A stretch of 64,000 bases of DNA from Eledone cirrhosa (lineage: Eukaryota): positions 129,270,001-129,334,000 of the forward strand of contig OZ024741.1 of NCBI GenBank assembly GCA_964016885.1. Direction: 5' to 3'. Position 1 is the stretch's first letter, and each line of letters begins with the position of its first letter. The position numbers and the translations under genes are program-made. Positions 40,200 to 53,728 of this stretch are shown piece by piece. The notes under the pieces are model-generated. The model searched no databases, was not told where the DNA came from, and worked only from the letters and a program-made list of their open reading frames with translations.

Positions 40200-41315
40200 T
40201 GTGTGTATAAATATATGTCTGCACGTGTGTGTGTGTGTGTGTGTCTACCCATGCTCTCACAATTCATTCATCTCTCATTTAACACTTTATATTGTTTTGT
40301 TCCGTTGATCAGGAATTCCCCCCTGCTTTGATGCATCTTAGTATGAGTGTGTTCTGTATAGTCTTATAGTATGCTGTATAGTCTTATAGTGTGTTTTATT
40401 CAGTTTAATACTATTAGTATTTAGAGAGCGTTATGATGTAGAATCATTACTAAGCATTAGTAATTTATAGTAATAAAATATGGTCTCTCTCTTCACACTT
40501 TCTGTCTGTCTCTCTCTCACACAAATATACATATACATCTCGACCACACTTACACTCACAGATACACATATCTCCACCACACATACATACAGACTCACAC
40601 AGATATACATATCTCCACCACACAAACATCATAATATAAAAGAATCTGATTCCCTACTTTTAGCTGCCTCCCCTTTTTTTTATTTACTTGACTCTAAAAC
40701 CTATTGGGAGAGACATGATTGCCTCAGTTTTACTGCTGCTGCTTTACTGCTGTGTCTTTGCCTATTATTAGTCAAATATGTTTTTTTGATGTTGTTGCTG
40801 TTTTTGTGTTGGATTTCTCCATTGAAAGATATTGTGTGTAATTTGTAGTAAAACATGGTTATTTCTGTACATCATCTCATATCTTACCTGACCCCAAAGT
40901 ACTGGTGCTTGATCATACAGTGGTGATGGTCTTTTTTTTGTTTTTAACTGTTTGTTTTAATGTCTTCCTCCTTGTTTCTGTTGTTGTTACGATGATGATG
41001 ATGATCATCGTATTTGTTTTTGTTGGTTGTTTAATGTGATAAAAAGGAATTTAGAAATATCTATATTACATCTTTGTAAATGTATATATATATCACTTAA
41101 CCATAATACAGAATTATTTATCCCTATATATATATATATATATCTTTATATAGTATTAGAATAAAGGAACAAAAAATCAGTGTTGAATCATAACATATTA
41201 CATATGTTTCATTGTCGATCAGCTCGAGGAACGATCTATTAGTGATCGAACCTGACTCTGGAATTGAAAGATCCTCAGATATGCTTCAATATGCAAGCTC
41301 TTGCACCTCTACACC

Positions 41316-41369
<54 letters not shown>

Positions 41370-41441
41370 GAAATCAAGCCATAATCAGTTCTCGTCCCAC
41401 CCTTGCAAGCAGGAAAAGCGGACGTAAAATGATGATGATGA

Positions 41442-41483
<42 letters not shown>

Positions 41484-41484
<1 letters not shown>

Positions 41485-43222
41485 GGACTGCCACCTTCAA
41501 AGTTGGCCCCCTGAGAGGTAAATCGGGTGAAATTGTGGAACTGCTAGAGAGGAGAGAAGTGGATATATGCTATGTACAGGAAGTGGGATGTAGGGATGCC
41601 TCAGAAAGACTACTGACTGGCAAACAACATAGATATAAGCTTTACTGGATAGAAAATGACAATGGGGTAGGAGGTGTAGGCATCTTACTAGCTGAAAAAT
41701 GGATAGATAAGGTGGTTGAAGTAGTTAGAGTAAGCGACAGAATTATCAAGCTTAGATTAGCTGTAGGAAATAGAATGGTGACAATTACATTCTGCAGGCA
41801 GAACTAAGTAAAGACCAAAAGGACATGTTCTAATGAAGAACTTTTACAGACAACTTCAGACACTGATGAAGGAAACATCAGCATCCTGGCAGGTGACTTC
41901 AACAGACACGTGGGGTTTTACCAGGATGGATTCAGTGGAGTTAATGGCAGCTATGGTTATGGCTTAAGAAATGAAGAGAGACAGGCTCCTGGAATTCTGT
42001 GACACAAATGAACTAACCATTTGCAACACAAATTTCAGGAAACCAGCCAACCATCTGATCACATATCAATCAGGCAAACACACAAGCCAAATTGATGACT
42101 TACTTGTAAGACAACAAGACAAAGGGACTCTAATAAATACTCAGGCCTTCCTTGGGGACGAATATATGCCCAACACAAGTTAATTACTAGTGACATTAAA
42201 ATAAGCACAAGACAGAACAAGACACACAGGAAAATATGGAGATAGAGGGTTTGGAAGCTAAATGACCTTTCGGTTAAATATAGGTTTAGAAAGACCCTAT
42301 GGGATGTATTTAAGATTAGTGTTAAGATAGATATCGTGAACAGTCACATGCCTACAGACTACAGGTCTACATATGTAATACACAACTACATTAAACAACC
42401 ACAAGGATATGGTCCGAACATGGAAGAGCCGAACTCCCATTGTCATCACCTCCATCTCTCTCGCCCTCCCCATTTCTCTGTATGGTGAGCAAATGGGGTG
42501 AAAGAAGTGATGAGCTAGATAGTTGTTATAGAGCACAACTGGAAACTCTTGCGTGACAACCTTTTACAAATTACTGACGAGACTGGAATAGAGCACCAGC
42601 CAGTAAAAGACAGCATGGAAAGACTGAAAAAACGGGGGTAGCAGAGACCAGTAGCATGTAGCTAAGAGAGAAGCTAGACGGCAGGTACACACAACTTAGA
42701 GAGAGGCTGAAAAAAGGAAGTTTGCCAACATCCTGAGTTGTGAGGATCAGTGATGCGAAGTGTTCTGTATTGCAAGGCAGTGTGTCAGTGTGAATCGTAA
42801 TGTCGCTGGGGAAAATTGTGTGAGAAATTACACTGGTGTATTTAGCACCACTGTTGCTCAGAAGAAAGAGGCCTGGAAATGTTACTATGAGAGACTGATG
42901 AAGGTAGAGAATAAATGGGAGGAAGAGAAACTACCCCTAACTTATCCATCAGAAGGGTCAGCCATTGAAGTTGATTGTTATAGGGTTAAAGAAACAATCA
43001 GAGATGAAAAATAGTAAAGCTGCAGGACCATCAGAGATATTTGCTGAGATGCTTAAAGCATCTCAGCAAATATCTCTGATGGTCCTGCAGAAGTAGGAGT
43101 TAAACTAGTAACCCGCATAGACTCATGGAGATGAAGGAACGCAATAAGTGGGGAGATGCTTTGCTGAGAAGGACCAATCCAACCAATGCAAGAATGGAAA
43201 AAATGGATGTAAAAATGATGAT
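41484..43222 (+). mobile_element. Degenerate, internally deleted RTE-clade LINE (APE endonuclease region, start of RT region, 3' tail)
   Basis: Broken frames give ELLERREVDICYVQEV, GVGGVGILL, RVSDRIIKLRL, ILAGDFNRHVG, LLEFCDTNELTICNTNFRK, SQIDDLLV and KAAGPSEIFAEMLK. Ends in ...AATGGATGTAAAAATGATGAT. Confidence 0.9.
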
Positions 43223-43335
43223 TCTTAGAGTTTCATATACTCTCTAATAGGGAATATATAATGCATTATAGCTGAAATAAAACAAGACACCTATTGATAT
43301 ATGTATATATATATATATATAATGATTATTATTAG

Positions 43336-43522
43336 TGGATTGGCAGTATCGGTAGAGGGTCGGACGCCATGCTTTCCAGCATAGTTACATCCCTTTACGA
43401 TCTGAGTTCAAATCCCGCCGAGGTTGACTTTGCCTTTCATCCTTACGGGGTCGATAAAATAAAGTACCAGTAATGCACTGGGTAATTGCTGGCCTTGTGC
43501 CTAAAGTAGAAACAATTATTAT
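43336..43522 (+). mobile_element. tRNA-derived SINE family 1 (Meta-SINE-like core), clean full copy
   Basis: TGGCAGTATCGGTAGAG (A-box-like), GAGTTCAAATCC (B-box), core GAGGTTGACTTTGCCTTTCATCCTTACGGGGTCGATAAAATAAAGTACCAG, (ATT)n tail. Roughly 25 or more copies or fragments in the window. Confidence 0.85.
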
Positions 43523-43696
43523 TCTCATGATTATTTTTACTAGAAACACATAGCAACTGTTGTGACTTCAAAGTTTCACCAGTAATAGCTTATAAAGCAG
43601 ACACTATGTAATAACACTTAGATTTTAGTTTGATATTGAATCTTGCCAGTGTCAGTGTTTTTTACTAATCCCTTTTAAAAGCACTAATACCAAATT

Positions 43697-43727
<31 letters not shown>

Positions 43728-44529
43728 TTAAAATAACAGATTAAAGTTTAAGCAAAAAATGGATTCTTTGCTTAAACTTTAATCTGTTATTTTAATAAAA
43801 TTTGCTCTATGGTTTTATATATTTATATATATTATTACTATATATATATATATATATATATAATTCAGTTCTGTATGAGCAAGACATGGTCTCTGGACCT
43901 GACTTGTCTTATAACTTGACAATCTGTCTAACCCATGCAAATATAGAAAATGGATGTTAAATGATGATGATGGTGATGCACATATATCATCATCATCATC
44001 ATGCTGATCTTTTATGTTGACATGTGTTGGATGGTACTTTTTGTGGCAATGTTTTACAACCAGATACCCTTCTTGACATTAATCCTTTTAGTTACTTTTT
44101 ATATTATGCAGAGATTCGGTGTACCTGTTCTAAACTGGATGTACACTTCTTTCCGGGGTCAATCAAATAAAGTACCAGTCAAATGCTGGGGTCGATATAA
44201 TCAACTTGCCACTTTTCCAAAATTGCTGGCGCTGTATCTAAATTAGAAATCATTATTTAATTAATATGTATATAATCGATACTCATACAAAGAGAGGGAG
44301 AGAGAGCAAGAGAGATTAATTATATCTTGTTGCTTCATGATATAAACTTTGTTGAATTTTATTGGTTGAATTACCTTAGGTCATGATGCACAATATCATG
44401 TTGCACTCCCTTGCACCATGTTGTACTTCATTGCATCATGCTGCAGTTCACTGCATCAACATGTACTTATCTAAATAATATTACACTCTATTACGCAATG
44501 TCAGACTCTATTGCATTAATTTATATTTC

Positions 44530-45000
44530 CTTATACTCTATAATATTAAATAATACTCTATAATATTAAGTAATACTCATAACTTTAAGTAATACTCTAT
44601 AACTTTAAGTAATACTCTATAACTTTAAGTAATACTCTATAACTTTAAGTAATACTCTATAGCATTAAGTAATACTCTATAGCATTAAGTAATACTCTGT
44701 TGCATTAAGTCATATGTACTCTATTGCATTATGTCATACTTTATTGCATTAAACTGTACTTTGTTGCATTAAATTGTACTCTATTGCATACATTTGTATT
44801 CTTTTGCATTAATTTATATTTTGTTGCATTAAGTTGTACTCTGTTGTATTATGTTGTACTCTGTAGCTTCCCGTTGTATTCCGCTGCATTGTGTTACCCT
44901 CCGCTGCATCATATCATATACCATTGCATTATGTTGTACTCTGTTGCATCATGTTGTATTATTTTACATGTGTTTTCATTGCATTATGTATTTTCTAACA
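44530..45000. repeat. 20-bp tandem repeat grading into degenerate copies
   Basis: aatactctataactttaagt units, shifting to tgtactctgttgcattaag-like units. Confidence 0.85.
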
Positions 45001-45659
45001 TTCCATTGCATCTCATTATTTTAGTTTTACATCTTCTTACTGCACCTTATCACCATCACATCCAGCCATAACCTTCTCCTTCTCTTCTATCATCACCATC
45101 ATTTGTAGATCTGCTTTTTCCAAGCTGTTATGGGTTCGACAAGACATTTTTGAGGCAGCATTATGAGTCCATAGGTTAGGTACCCTTCCTGGTGCCAACT
45201 TTTATTTAATTTTTAAGTATAATTCGTATTCCACTGCCTAACACACATCAAAGCACTAACCTGCAGGACATGTTGTTTATGTGAAACATAGACAAATGTC
45301 ATGAGCTGTTTAAGCAGTGTCAATGTGAAGACATGTGGAGAAAACACTCATGCACACACACAAACACACACATACACATATATGATTGGCTTCTACACAA
45401 TTTCTGTCTTTAAAATTTTGCTTACAAAGCATTAGTAAGCCTTAGGCTGTAGTAGAAGACACTTGCTTAAAGGTGCCATGCACTAGGATTGAATACACAA
45501 TCACATGGTTGTGTGGTGAACTTCTTAATCACACAGCCATTCCTGTCTTTTGCATAATTTTTCCTGCACTTTTCTCCCATATCCTTTCAATCTTTAACTT
45601 TCCATAAGGAACAAGAATAACAATAACAATAACATAGATTTCCAAAGAACTATATATCT

Positions 45660-46022
45660 TCTTCTTTGCCCACATTCTTGGGAGAGTCGTGGGGGCAGAG
45701 TCCTCAAGTATGCCTTCCAGTGGGTCCTGTCAGAAGCAACCATCTCCAATTGATCTAGCTAGATCCTCAAGTGAGATCAGACGAGCTCATGGATATTATC
45801 CAATCATCTTACTTGGGGGTCTACCACTGTGTCTCTTACTGGTTGGCTTTGCCTGTAAAATTTGTCCAGTGATTCTTTCTTGAGACATTCTAACTACATG
45901 TACATAATATCAGAGCTCTGTGATCTCTCAATCTGGAGAAGTAGCAGCTCTATCTGGAGCAACTCTCTGATTTCTGAGCTACACACTTTATCAAGTAACA
46001 TTACTCCAAAGACCCTTTGGAA
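45660..46022 (-). mobile_element. RTE-clade LINE 3' fragment, same family as 7117-7478
   Basis: Colinear similarity (gggtcctgtcagaagcaaccatctcca, tgtgatctctcaat, ccaaagaccctttgga). A smaller piece lies at about 57820-57925. Confidence 0.8.
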
Positions 46023-46025
46023 GAA

Positions 46026-46058
<33 letters not shown>

Positions 46059-46318
46059 AAAATATGTTTGTTTTTTATCCCACACAGGTAGAAAAGAAGT
46101 TGAAAATACATGTGGAGTCTTTAAGAAAATTTATTTACATTAACATAAATAGTTATGTTAATGTAAATAAATTTTGGCAGTTCGGTATAGCTGCATATCC
46201 CTTCATCTCGCACTACATTCGAAAATCATGAAACTGAAACTGGTTAATGTAAATAAATAAAACTGAAAGTTAATGTAAATAAATCTTCTGTATGTCTCCA
46301 AGTGTATTTTCAACTTTT

Positions 46319-46358
<40 letters not shown>

Positions 46359-46741
46359 TACACACACACACACACACATACACACATTTATGTATTTGTT
46401 TTTCAAGATTCTTGATGTGAAATTATATGTTGAAACAGATATTGTTATAGTTAGGATGGTCATTTTGACAATAAAAAACACCTGCACTATTTGACTTTCA
46501 CTTTATTATTATTAGTTATTGGTTATTTTGTGAAAGTGTTTTCATCACTCATTTTCTGACCTCCTCAATGACTTTTGTTCTCTGTGTCATTGAGGAGGTC
46601 ATAGAATATGTGACAAAAGAACTTCAACAAAATAACCAATAACAAATGACTATAAAATGAAAGTCAAATAGTTTGTGTCGGTTTTTATTGGCAAAATGAC
46701 TATCTCCAAATATATATACATACATACATTATATATATATA

Positions 46742-46780
<39 letters not shown>

Positions 46781-47594
46781 ACTGTTTAATGTCTTAATTT
46801 TTCCCATATAGTCTTTGTATGGTTTTTATGTTTGTTGATTTTGCATGTTTTTCCCTTAAATATTTTATTTTACATCTTTATTACATCCTACAGATAAATT
46901 GTCATTTTCCCATTATTATTAATGTATTTGTTTTGTTTTTTGTTTTTATTATTATTTCTGTTACGGACAACATGCTTTGTGTTATTTAGTTACGTCCCTT
47001 TTCATTCTGAGTTCAAATCCTGCTGAGGTTAGCTTCTGCCTTTCATCCTTACAGAGTCGAAAGTCAGACAGTGGATTGGCAGTATTGGTATAGCGTCAGA
47101 AAAAAATATTTTGCTGTATTTAGTTACAACTTTTGACTTCTGAGTTCAAATCCCACCAAAGTCAATTTTGGCTCTCATCTTTCTGGGTTTGATAACTTGT
47201 CAAGTAATGGGGTTAATTTAATTGACTTTACCTTCCCCCAAATCACTTGCATTGTGCCTAAATAAGCGATCCTTATTTTACCAAATAAATATTTTGTTTA
47301 CAAAACTTTGTAGTACAGTGTGTATGTGCATCTCAGAGAGAGAGAGAAGTTAAAGATCGGGCGTATTAGAGGAAATAAATGTATTTATCAAGAGTTAAGA
47401 ATTACTAGTCTCATACCTCAGGTTTCATGCAGTACCACATGTTTACTATGGTCATTGCTAATCTTCAGCTGGACATTTGCTACTTCAGATAACAGCATCA
47501 TAACATTTCTTACAAACATCTTATAAATTGGTGGTGATGTAGGTCAGCCTTTAACAGGAACATATTTGTGTTTGGCTGTGTGTGTGTGTGTGTT

Positions 47595-47655
<61 letters not shown>

Positions 47656-48583
47656 CTCAATCTAGAATATAAGTTCAAAATAGGAGGTGCACAGTACAAA
47701 AACAATGGAAAAACAATGGAAAGACAGACAGTCGCATCTCCTCAGTTAGCCTCTGGAAATCACTGTTTCGGTGCATCAAGGTTGATACCACTCGTTCCAG
47801 TACATAACAAAACAGGAAAAGCCAAGTTATGCCTTTAGGCGAATTACATAAATATAGAAGAAAAAGCATCCCAAGTGTGTCAACTGACAAAGAAGGGCAA
47901 AAACAGTGAGTGGGGGCTTAGTCAAAGGAGAAAAAAATATATATAAAGGAGAGAAATAATTAAACAGAAGAGAATAATAAGGACTGTAGTCCAAGATGCA
48001 GACAAAGAAGAATGACATTGAGGCATAGAAAAGGTGAGAATAGAGGAAGACAGACCAGGTGGTATGATGTCTATTATATATTTTTTAAAAATGCCCGCAT
48101 GACTAAGTCTTTAGAATATAAATTCAAAATAGGTGCACCAAAACCGTAGTGATTTCCAGAGGTTGTCTGAGGAGTTGCAACTGTCTGTCTCTCTGGTTTT
48201 GTTTTACCATTGTCTTTGTCCTGTGCGACAAATGAATTTGTTCTTAATATTTGCAGATTGCACATACACGTTGAGCTTTAAAACTTCTTAGCATTTCTCA
48301 ACTAAATTGATTTCTCAACTTATTATCAAATTTATGTATGTATATATATATATATATATATATATAACGCCCCCACTTTTCCATGTTGTCATGGGTTTCG
48401 ACAGGATGTTTTAAGACAATGTCAATCAACCAACACCAGTGTATGCAGGATAGAGCACTTGAAAAGTTATACATGTAGGTCTGTGTACTCCGGAGTATTG
48501 GTATAACAATGAAGTAGAAGTCAGTAGGTTTGAGTTTACCTCATTTATTTGTTAGATAATATATATATTTCTCTAATTTGCAG

Positions 48584-48745
48584 ACCAAATTACAGGAAGA
48601 CTTCGACACCGTCCAAGGGATGCTGGAAAGCAAGGAGAAGGAAATTGATGAATTGACTAAGGAACTGTCCGAGATGAAGTCTCAGGTGGACAACAATGAT
48701 GCTGTGGTCAGTGGCAAATTGGATGATGTTGTGTCTGATCTTGTG
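48584..48745 (+). CDS. AKAP9: AKAP9/pericentrin-like exon (TKLQEDFDTV...VVSDLV)
   Basis: tttgcag|ACC...GTG|gtatgt, 162 nt, phase 0-0. Confidence 0.88.
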
Positions 48746-50757
48746 GTATGTGGTGCATGCATGCCAGGCGAATGAAGCCCCCTTTTTTTTTTCAAAACCC
48801 TAATTATAATCTTCCCCATTATTCCATGGTAGATTGGCTGTATCGCTAGAGCATCGGACACCATGTTCTAAGTTCAAATCCCATTTAAGTTAGCTTTGCC
48901 TTTCATCCTTATGGGATCATTAAAGTAAAGCACCAGTAACACACTGGCATAGATTTAATCGACTTCCCACATCCTTTGCAAATTTCTGGCCTTGGGCCTA
49001 AATCAGAAACCATTATTCTACCATTACACTAGCCAGCTATTCTTACCATGACCACCCTGTTATTTAATGATATTCCTCTTTACCTAACGGTAGTGAGAGT
49101 TTTAAATAACAATATTGAACCTCTAATTATTAATCAGGTACTTAACACCTTCTATACTAAACTGCATGAAGTCACCCCTGGTTCTATGATACAAAGCTGT
49201 TTATTTTAATGTGTTTATATTTATCTAAAAAAATTACCATTATAATTTTATGTTACAACCTTTGTTATGTTATGTTCCAAACATCAGCTTAATAATGAAA
49301 TAGTTAGTTATATTCCTAAATATCTCCAAATTACTGATTATTTTCAAAATTATTTGAAAATCATAGGCAGTATCTTTCATTAGAAATATGGTAATGAAAT
49401 GGTTTACTAATGAGAAAGTTAGATATATTACTAAATCCTTCCATATTCTTGATTATTTTCAAAATTATTTGAAAACTATATATTTTATGAAAAATATTGG
49501 AATGAAAAGATTTACTAGTGAGGTTAGTTGAATTACTAAATCTCTAAATTACTGATTATTTAAAAAAATATTATTTGAAAACCATAAGCAGTGTCTTTCA
49601 TTAGAAATATTATAATGAAAGTGTTAAAATAAAACAAAAAAGAAAGGAGGTTTTCAGACAATAGTGAACTTGTAATGAATTGGTAACCACAATAGGGTCA
49701 GCTGGTCACATTTTGGTTTTTGAATGTTGTATTATTTTATAAATCCCCAATATGTGTGTATGTGTGCATGTATATATATATATGTATCATCATCATCATT
49801 ACCATTTAACATCCATTTTTCCATGCTAGCTTGGGTTAGAAAAGTTGTCCAATTGTGAGACAAGTCAGATCAGATAACTGTGTCTTGCTCATACAGAACT
49901 GGTTCTGGCTTGGTTTCTATGGCTAGATGCCCTTCTTAACACCAACCACATTTACTGTGTGGACAGGATGTTTTTTATTGTGGCACCAAGATAACTTTCA
50001 GTGGGAAATGGGTGCTTTTTGTCACCAACATAATAAATGTGCACCATATCTACTAATGTATTGAGTACCTTATTTAACTGTGGGGAAAACCTTTTAATTA
50101 TATATATAAATATATATATGTGTGTATATATGATTAACAGAAAATGTACACAGTTGCATAACACAAAGGCAAATGCATCGTCACCCCCCCCCCCCCCTCA
50201 TTGCTGGCAGTACAATTTTATTCATTGGGGCTGTACTGTACTTATAATGCCAGTTTGTATAACAGAACATGGGCCATTCTGTTGGTGATGCATATGAGAT
50301 GATGAAAAAATGAAAGACACACAGGAAAAGATCTACTGTTGTCTTACTACTAATACTTTATATATCATCATTGTTTAACATTTAACTATTTTCCGACACT
50401 TGCAAGGATTAGAGGGGTTGTCACATTATTGTCATGCTATTATGGATCTGTATTTTAGCTTGGTTTCTTCTGATTGATGCCCTTCATAACACCAACCATG
50501 TTACAGTGTGGACCGGGTGCTTTTTATTGTGGCACCAAAATGACTATCTAGCAGGGTAGACTGGGTGCTTATTGTTGTGATGCCAGCACAATCACTTTGC
50601 AGTGTGGACTGGGTGCTTTTCATTATGACACCAACATGGACTGGGTTCTTTTTCTGGTGTCACCAATATGACCAATCTTCAAGATTGACTAGGTGCTTTT
50701 GTTGTGGTGTGTGTGTATGTACATGAAATGCTATATATGTGGCTGTTTCTGTTCCAG

Positions 50758-50871
50758 ATACGTTATGAAGTGGAGTCAGAACAGCTGAAAAAGAAAGTGA
50801 AGGCACTGGAGAATGTTGTGGATGAGAAGATGGAGGAGAACTATACTTTGAATGAGAAAGTTGAACAAATG
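50758..50871 (+). CDS. AKAP9: AKAP9/pericentrin-like exon (IRYEVESEQL...EKVEQM)
   Basis: ttccag|ATA...ATG|gtaagt, 114 nt, phase 0-0. Confidence 0.9.
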
Positions 50872-50894
50872 GTAAGTTGTTATTATTAGAGCAG

Positions 50895-51300
50895 CGGATT
50901 GGCAGTCTCAGTAGAGCGTTGGACAATATACTTTGCAGCATAGAGTTACGGCCCTTTACGTTCTGAGTTCAAATCCCGTCAAAGTTAGTTTTACCTTTCA
51001 TCCTTATGGGGATCAATAAAATAAAGCACCAGTAATGCACTGGGGTTACTTTAATCAACGTTTCCCCTCCCACAAAATTGTTGGCCTTGTGCCTAAAATC
51101 AGAAGCCATTATTACGAATTGGCAGTATCGGTAGAGGGTTGGATGTCATGCTTTCTAGCATAGTTACGTCCCTTTATGGTCTGAGTTCAAATCCCGTCGA
51201 GGTTAACTTTACCTTTCATCCTTACGGGGTTGATAAAATAAAGTACCAGTAATGTACTGGGTAATTGCTGGCCTTGTGCCTAAAGTAGAAACAATTATTA
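50895..51300 (+). mobile_element. Two tandem SINE family 1 copies just downstream of an exon
   Basis: Long and short variants head-to-tail. Confidence 0.85.
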
Positions 51301-52549
51301 CACTAACCAATATGTCATTTTTGTTGTTGTTGTTCAACCTGCAGTTTCAACAACAACAACCCTCTATAAGATAGGGAAGTGGCAGAGTTATTAAAGTGAC
51401 AAATTAAATGACTTGCATATTTGTTCTGGTTCTACGTGCTCTGAGTTCAAATCCTATGAAGGTCAACTTTGGTTTTCATACTTTTGGAGTTGATGAATAA
51501 AATAACCAGGTCTGTGTGGATTCTAGGTTTTAGAATAAGTTCACCGTATCCATGGGTGTCGTAGGAGGTGACTAAAGGAGTTAGTATTAAGAAGATCATA
51601 TGACTGCAAAATATTGTTTGAAAATGTCCTCTCCAACCCATGCCAGCATGGATATGTGGACATAGAAGTGATGGTGGATTGATGGATTGTTTTGTGGTAT
51701 CTGTTCCAAATCCTGCCTTGTGTTACCAGAAAACTAAATTAAACCACCATAAGACCTATGATAGATAGGTGGATAGATAGAACCCTAAGAACTACATAGG
51801 TATGAGATGTAACAACATCCCACTATCCCTTTATTCTAAGTTCAAATACTGCTTCCTGTCACTGAAAGAATGTTAATATAATTAGACTGGAGCCTCTATT
51901 ATCAAAAAAACCAAGAGACCAGACTTCCTATGTGAAATAACTTCATGAGAGGTCAGTTAAATCTATGCATCTGTGTGTTTGGGTTGGACTTCTGTTGATT
52001 CCAACAACGAATGTTCCAGTTGTTTGATCAATGGTGAAGCCTGCTCATGGAATTGATATGCAAGTGGTTGAACATTCTACAGACACATGCATCTTTCACA
52101 TATTTCTCAGGTAGATTCAGCTTGACACAGTATGTAACAAGATTGGCCCTTTGAATCACTGACAGGTACAACTTTTTTGCCAGTGTCTTTCACAATGACA
52201 CAACACAATAGAACTCCTGATCTTACAATTAAGAGCTGAACTCTGTAACCTCTAAACCACCTGCCTCCTCTCTATTTAGACATGAGCTGTAACAACAAAA
52301 AACTACCTCTCTAAGTTTGTCTCTCTTCCCCTTGTCTATTTATCATTTTATTTATATACTGACTCTGCTTCATCTAATATTTGTCTCTCTTTTTCTTTTC
52401 TTCCTTGACATCTCTACAAATACTATTTACAACAACACTACCACAATACCACCACAACATCTATACGACACACCACCACCATCACCACAATACCACCACA
52501 ACTTCAATACAACAACACCACCACCTCCAACAACAACAACAATAAACAG

Positions 52550-53017
52550 GGTACCCTTAAAAATGAAGTGTCTCAGCTGAGAAATGAAGTTGAGAAAAGG
52601 AAGAAGTTAGTGGAGAGTAAGAGTGCCACAGTTCAGAACCTGGAGCGTCGCGTGGAGTCATCGAACAAAGTAATAGGGCAGCTGCAGCAACGTGAAGACC
52701 ACTGGCAACTGAAGTACTCGCAAACAGAGCTGCAGTTGCGAGAACGGGAAGAGCACTTGCAGCAGCTGCAAAACGAAGTGATGGAGAGGGAAGAGTCGGA
52801 TGAGAAGGTGAGGCAGAGATTGAATGTTGCTGAGCAACAGGTTGGAGTGCAGCAACACAATATCCAGGCTCTGCAGACACGGGTGAGCGAGAGTGAGGCC
52901 CGGCTGAAGGAGAGCCGAGAGACTGTCACGGAGCTGAAGGACACTCTAGCCTCGTTGGAGGAGGAGAAGGAGCAGATGGCTGGACGAATGACTAGTAAGG
53001 ATGCACTGATAGCCAAG
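52550..53017 (+). CDS. AKAP9: AKAP9/pericentrin-like exon (GTLKNEVSQL...DALIAK)
   Basis: aaacag|GGT...AAG|gtaagt, 468 nt, phase 0-0, strong coiled-coil. The acceptor lacks an adjacent pyrimidine tract, so the exact start is less certain. Confidence 0.85.
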
Positions 53018-53695
53018 GTAAGTGGGGGTGGGGGATGATGTGTGGGTCGGTGTGTGGAATGTGTCATGTGTGTTTGAAGGAAGAGAGAAAGAGAGTATGT
53101 TAGTGTGTGTGCTTGTGCTTGGGAGAGAGAATGTATGTGAATGCTTAGATAAAGAGAGTGTGTGTGTGTAGTTTGAGAAAGTGTTTTGCGGTGGTAATGC
53201 GGTTTGCAACTGAAATGAAAATAATTTAATGTCTATTAATTTAGAAGATTTTTAATGTAGTACTGTGGTGTGATTTGATGTGATGTTATATAAACAAAAA
53301 GTTAAAAAAATTTTGTTCACAAACACAAGTTCCCAGATTCAATACGACATCTTGTTTGAGAAAGTCTTTCAACATTGCCTTGAGTCAAATGTGAGGAAAA
53401 TTGGTTACACCAAAAACTATGTGAAACAAGGTCTGTCAGAGGGTCTATAGCTGTTATTCAAATGGTCAGCCTTATCACACACTGTCACTTTGATTCTGAA
53501 TAAGAATCATATTAAGGGTACATGTGTCTGTGGAATACATGGCCACAATGAGGTTTCTATGGCTAGATTTGCTTTCAATAAACCACTGGTAAATGAAATA
53601 ATTATCTTATGTTGTTTATTACATAACTAATAAGCTCTGTAACCTACATAGAGCACTCTTTTTTTCCTGGACCTTTCCGACGGAATTACTTCATT

Positions 53696-53728
<33 letters not shown>

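Noticed and set aside
43336-43420. tRNA genes at A-box/B-box motifs
   Set aside because: These are SINE heads followed by SINE core and tail; no cloverleaf.
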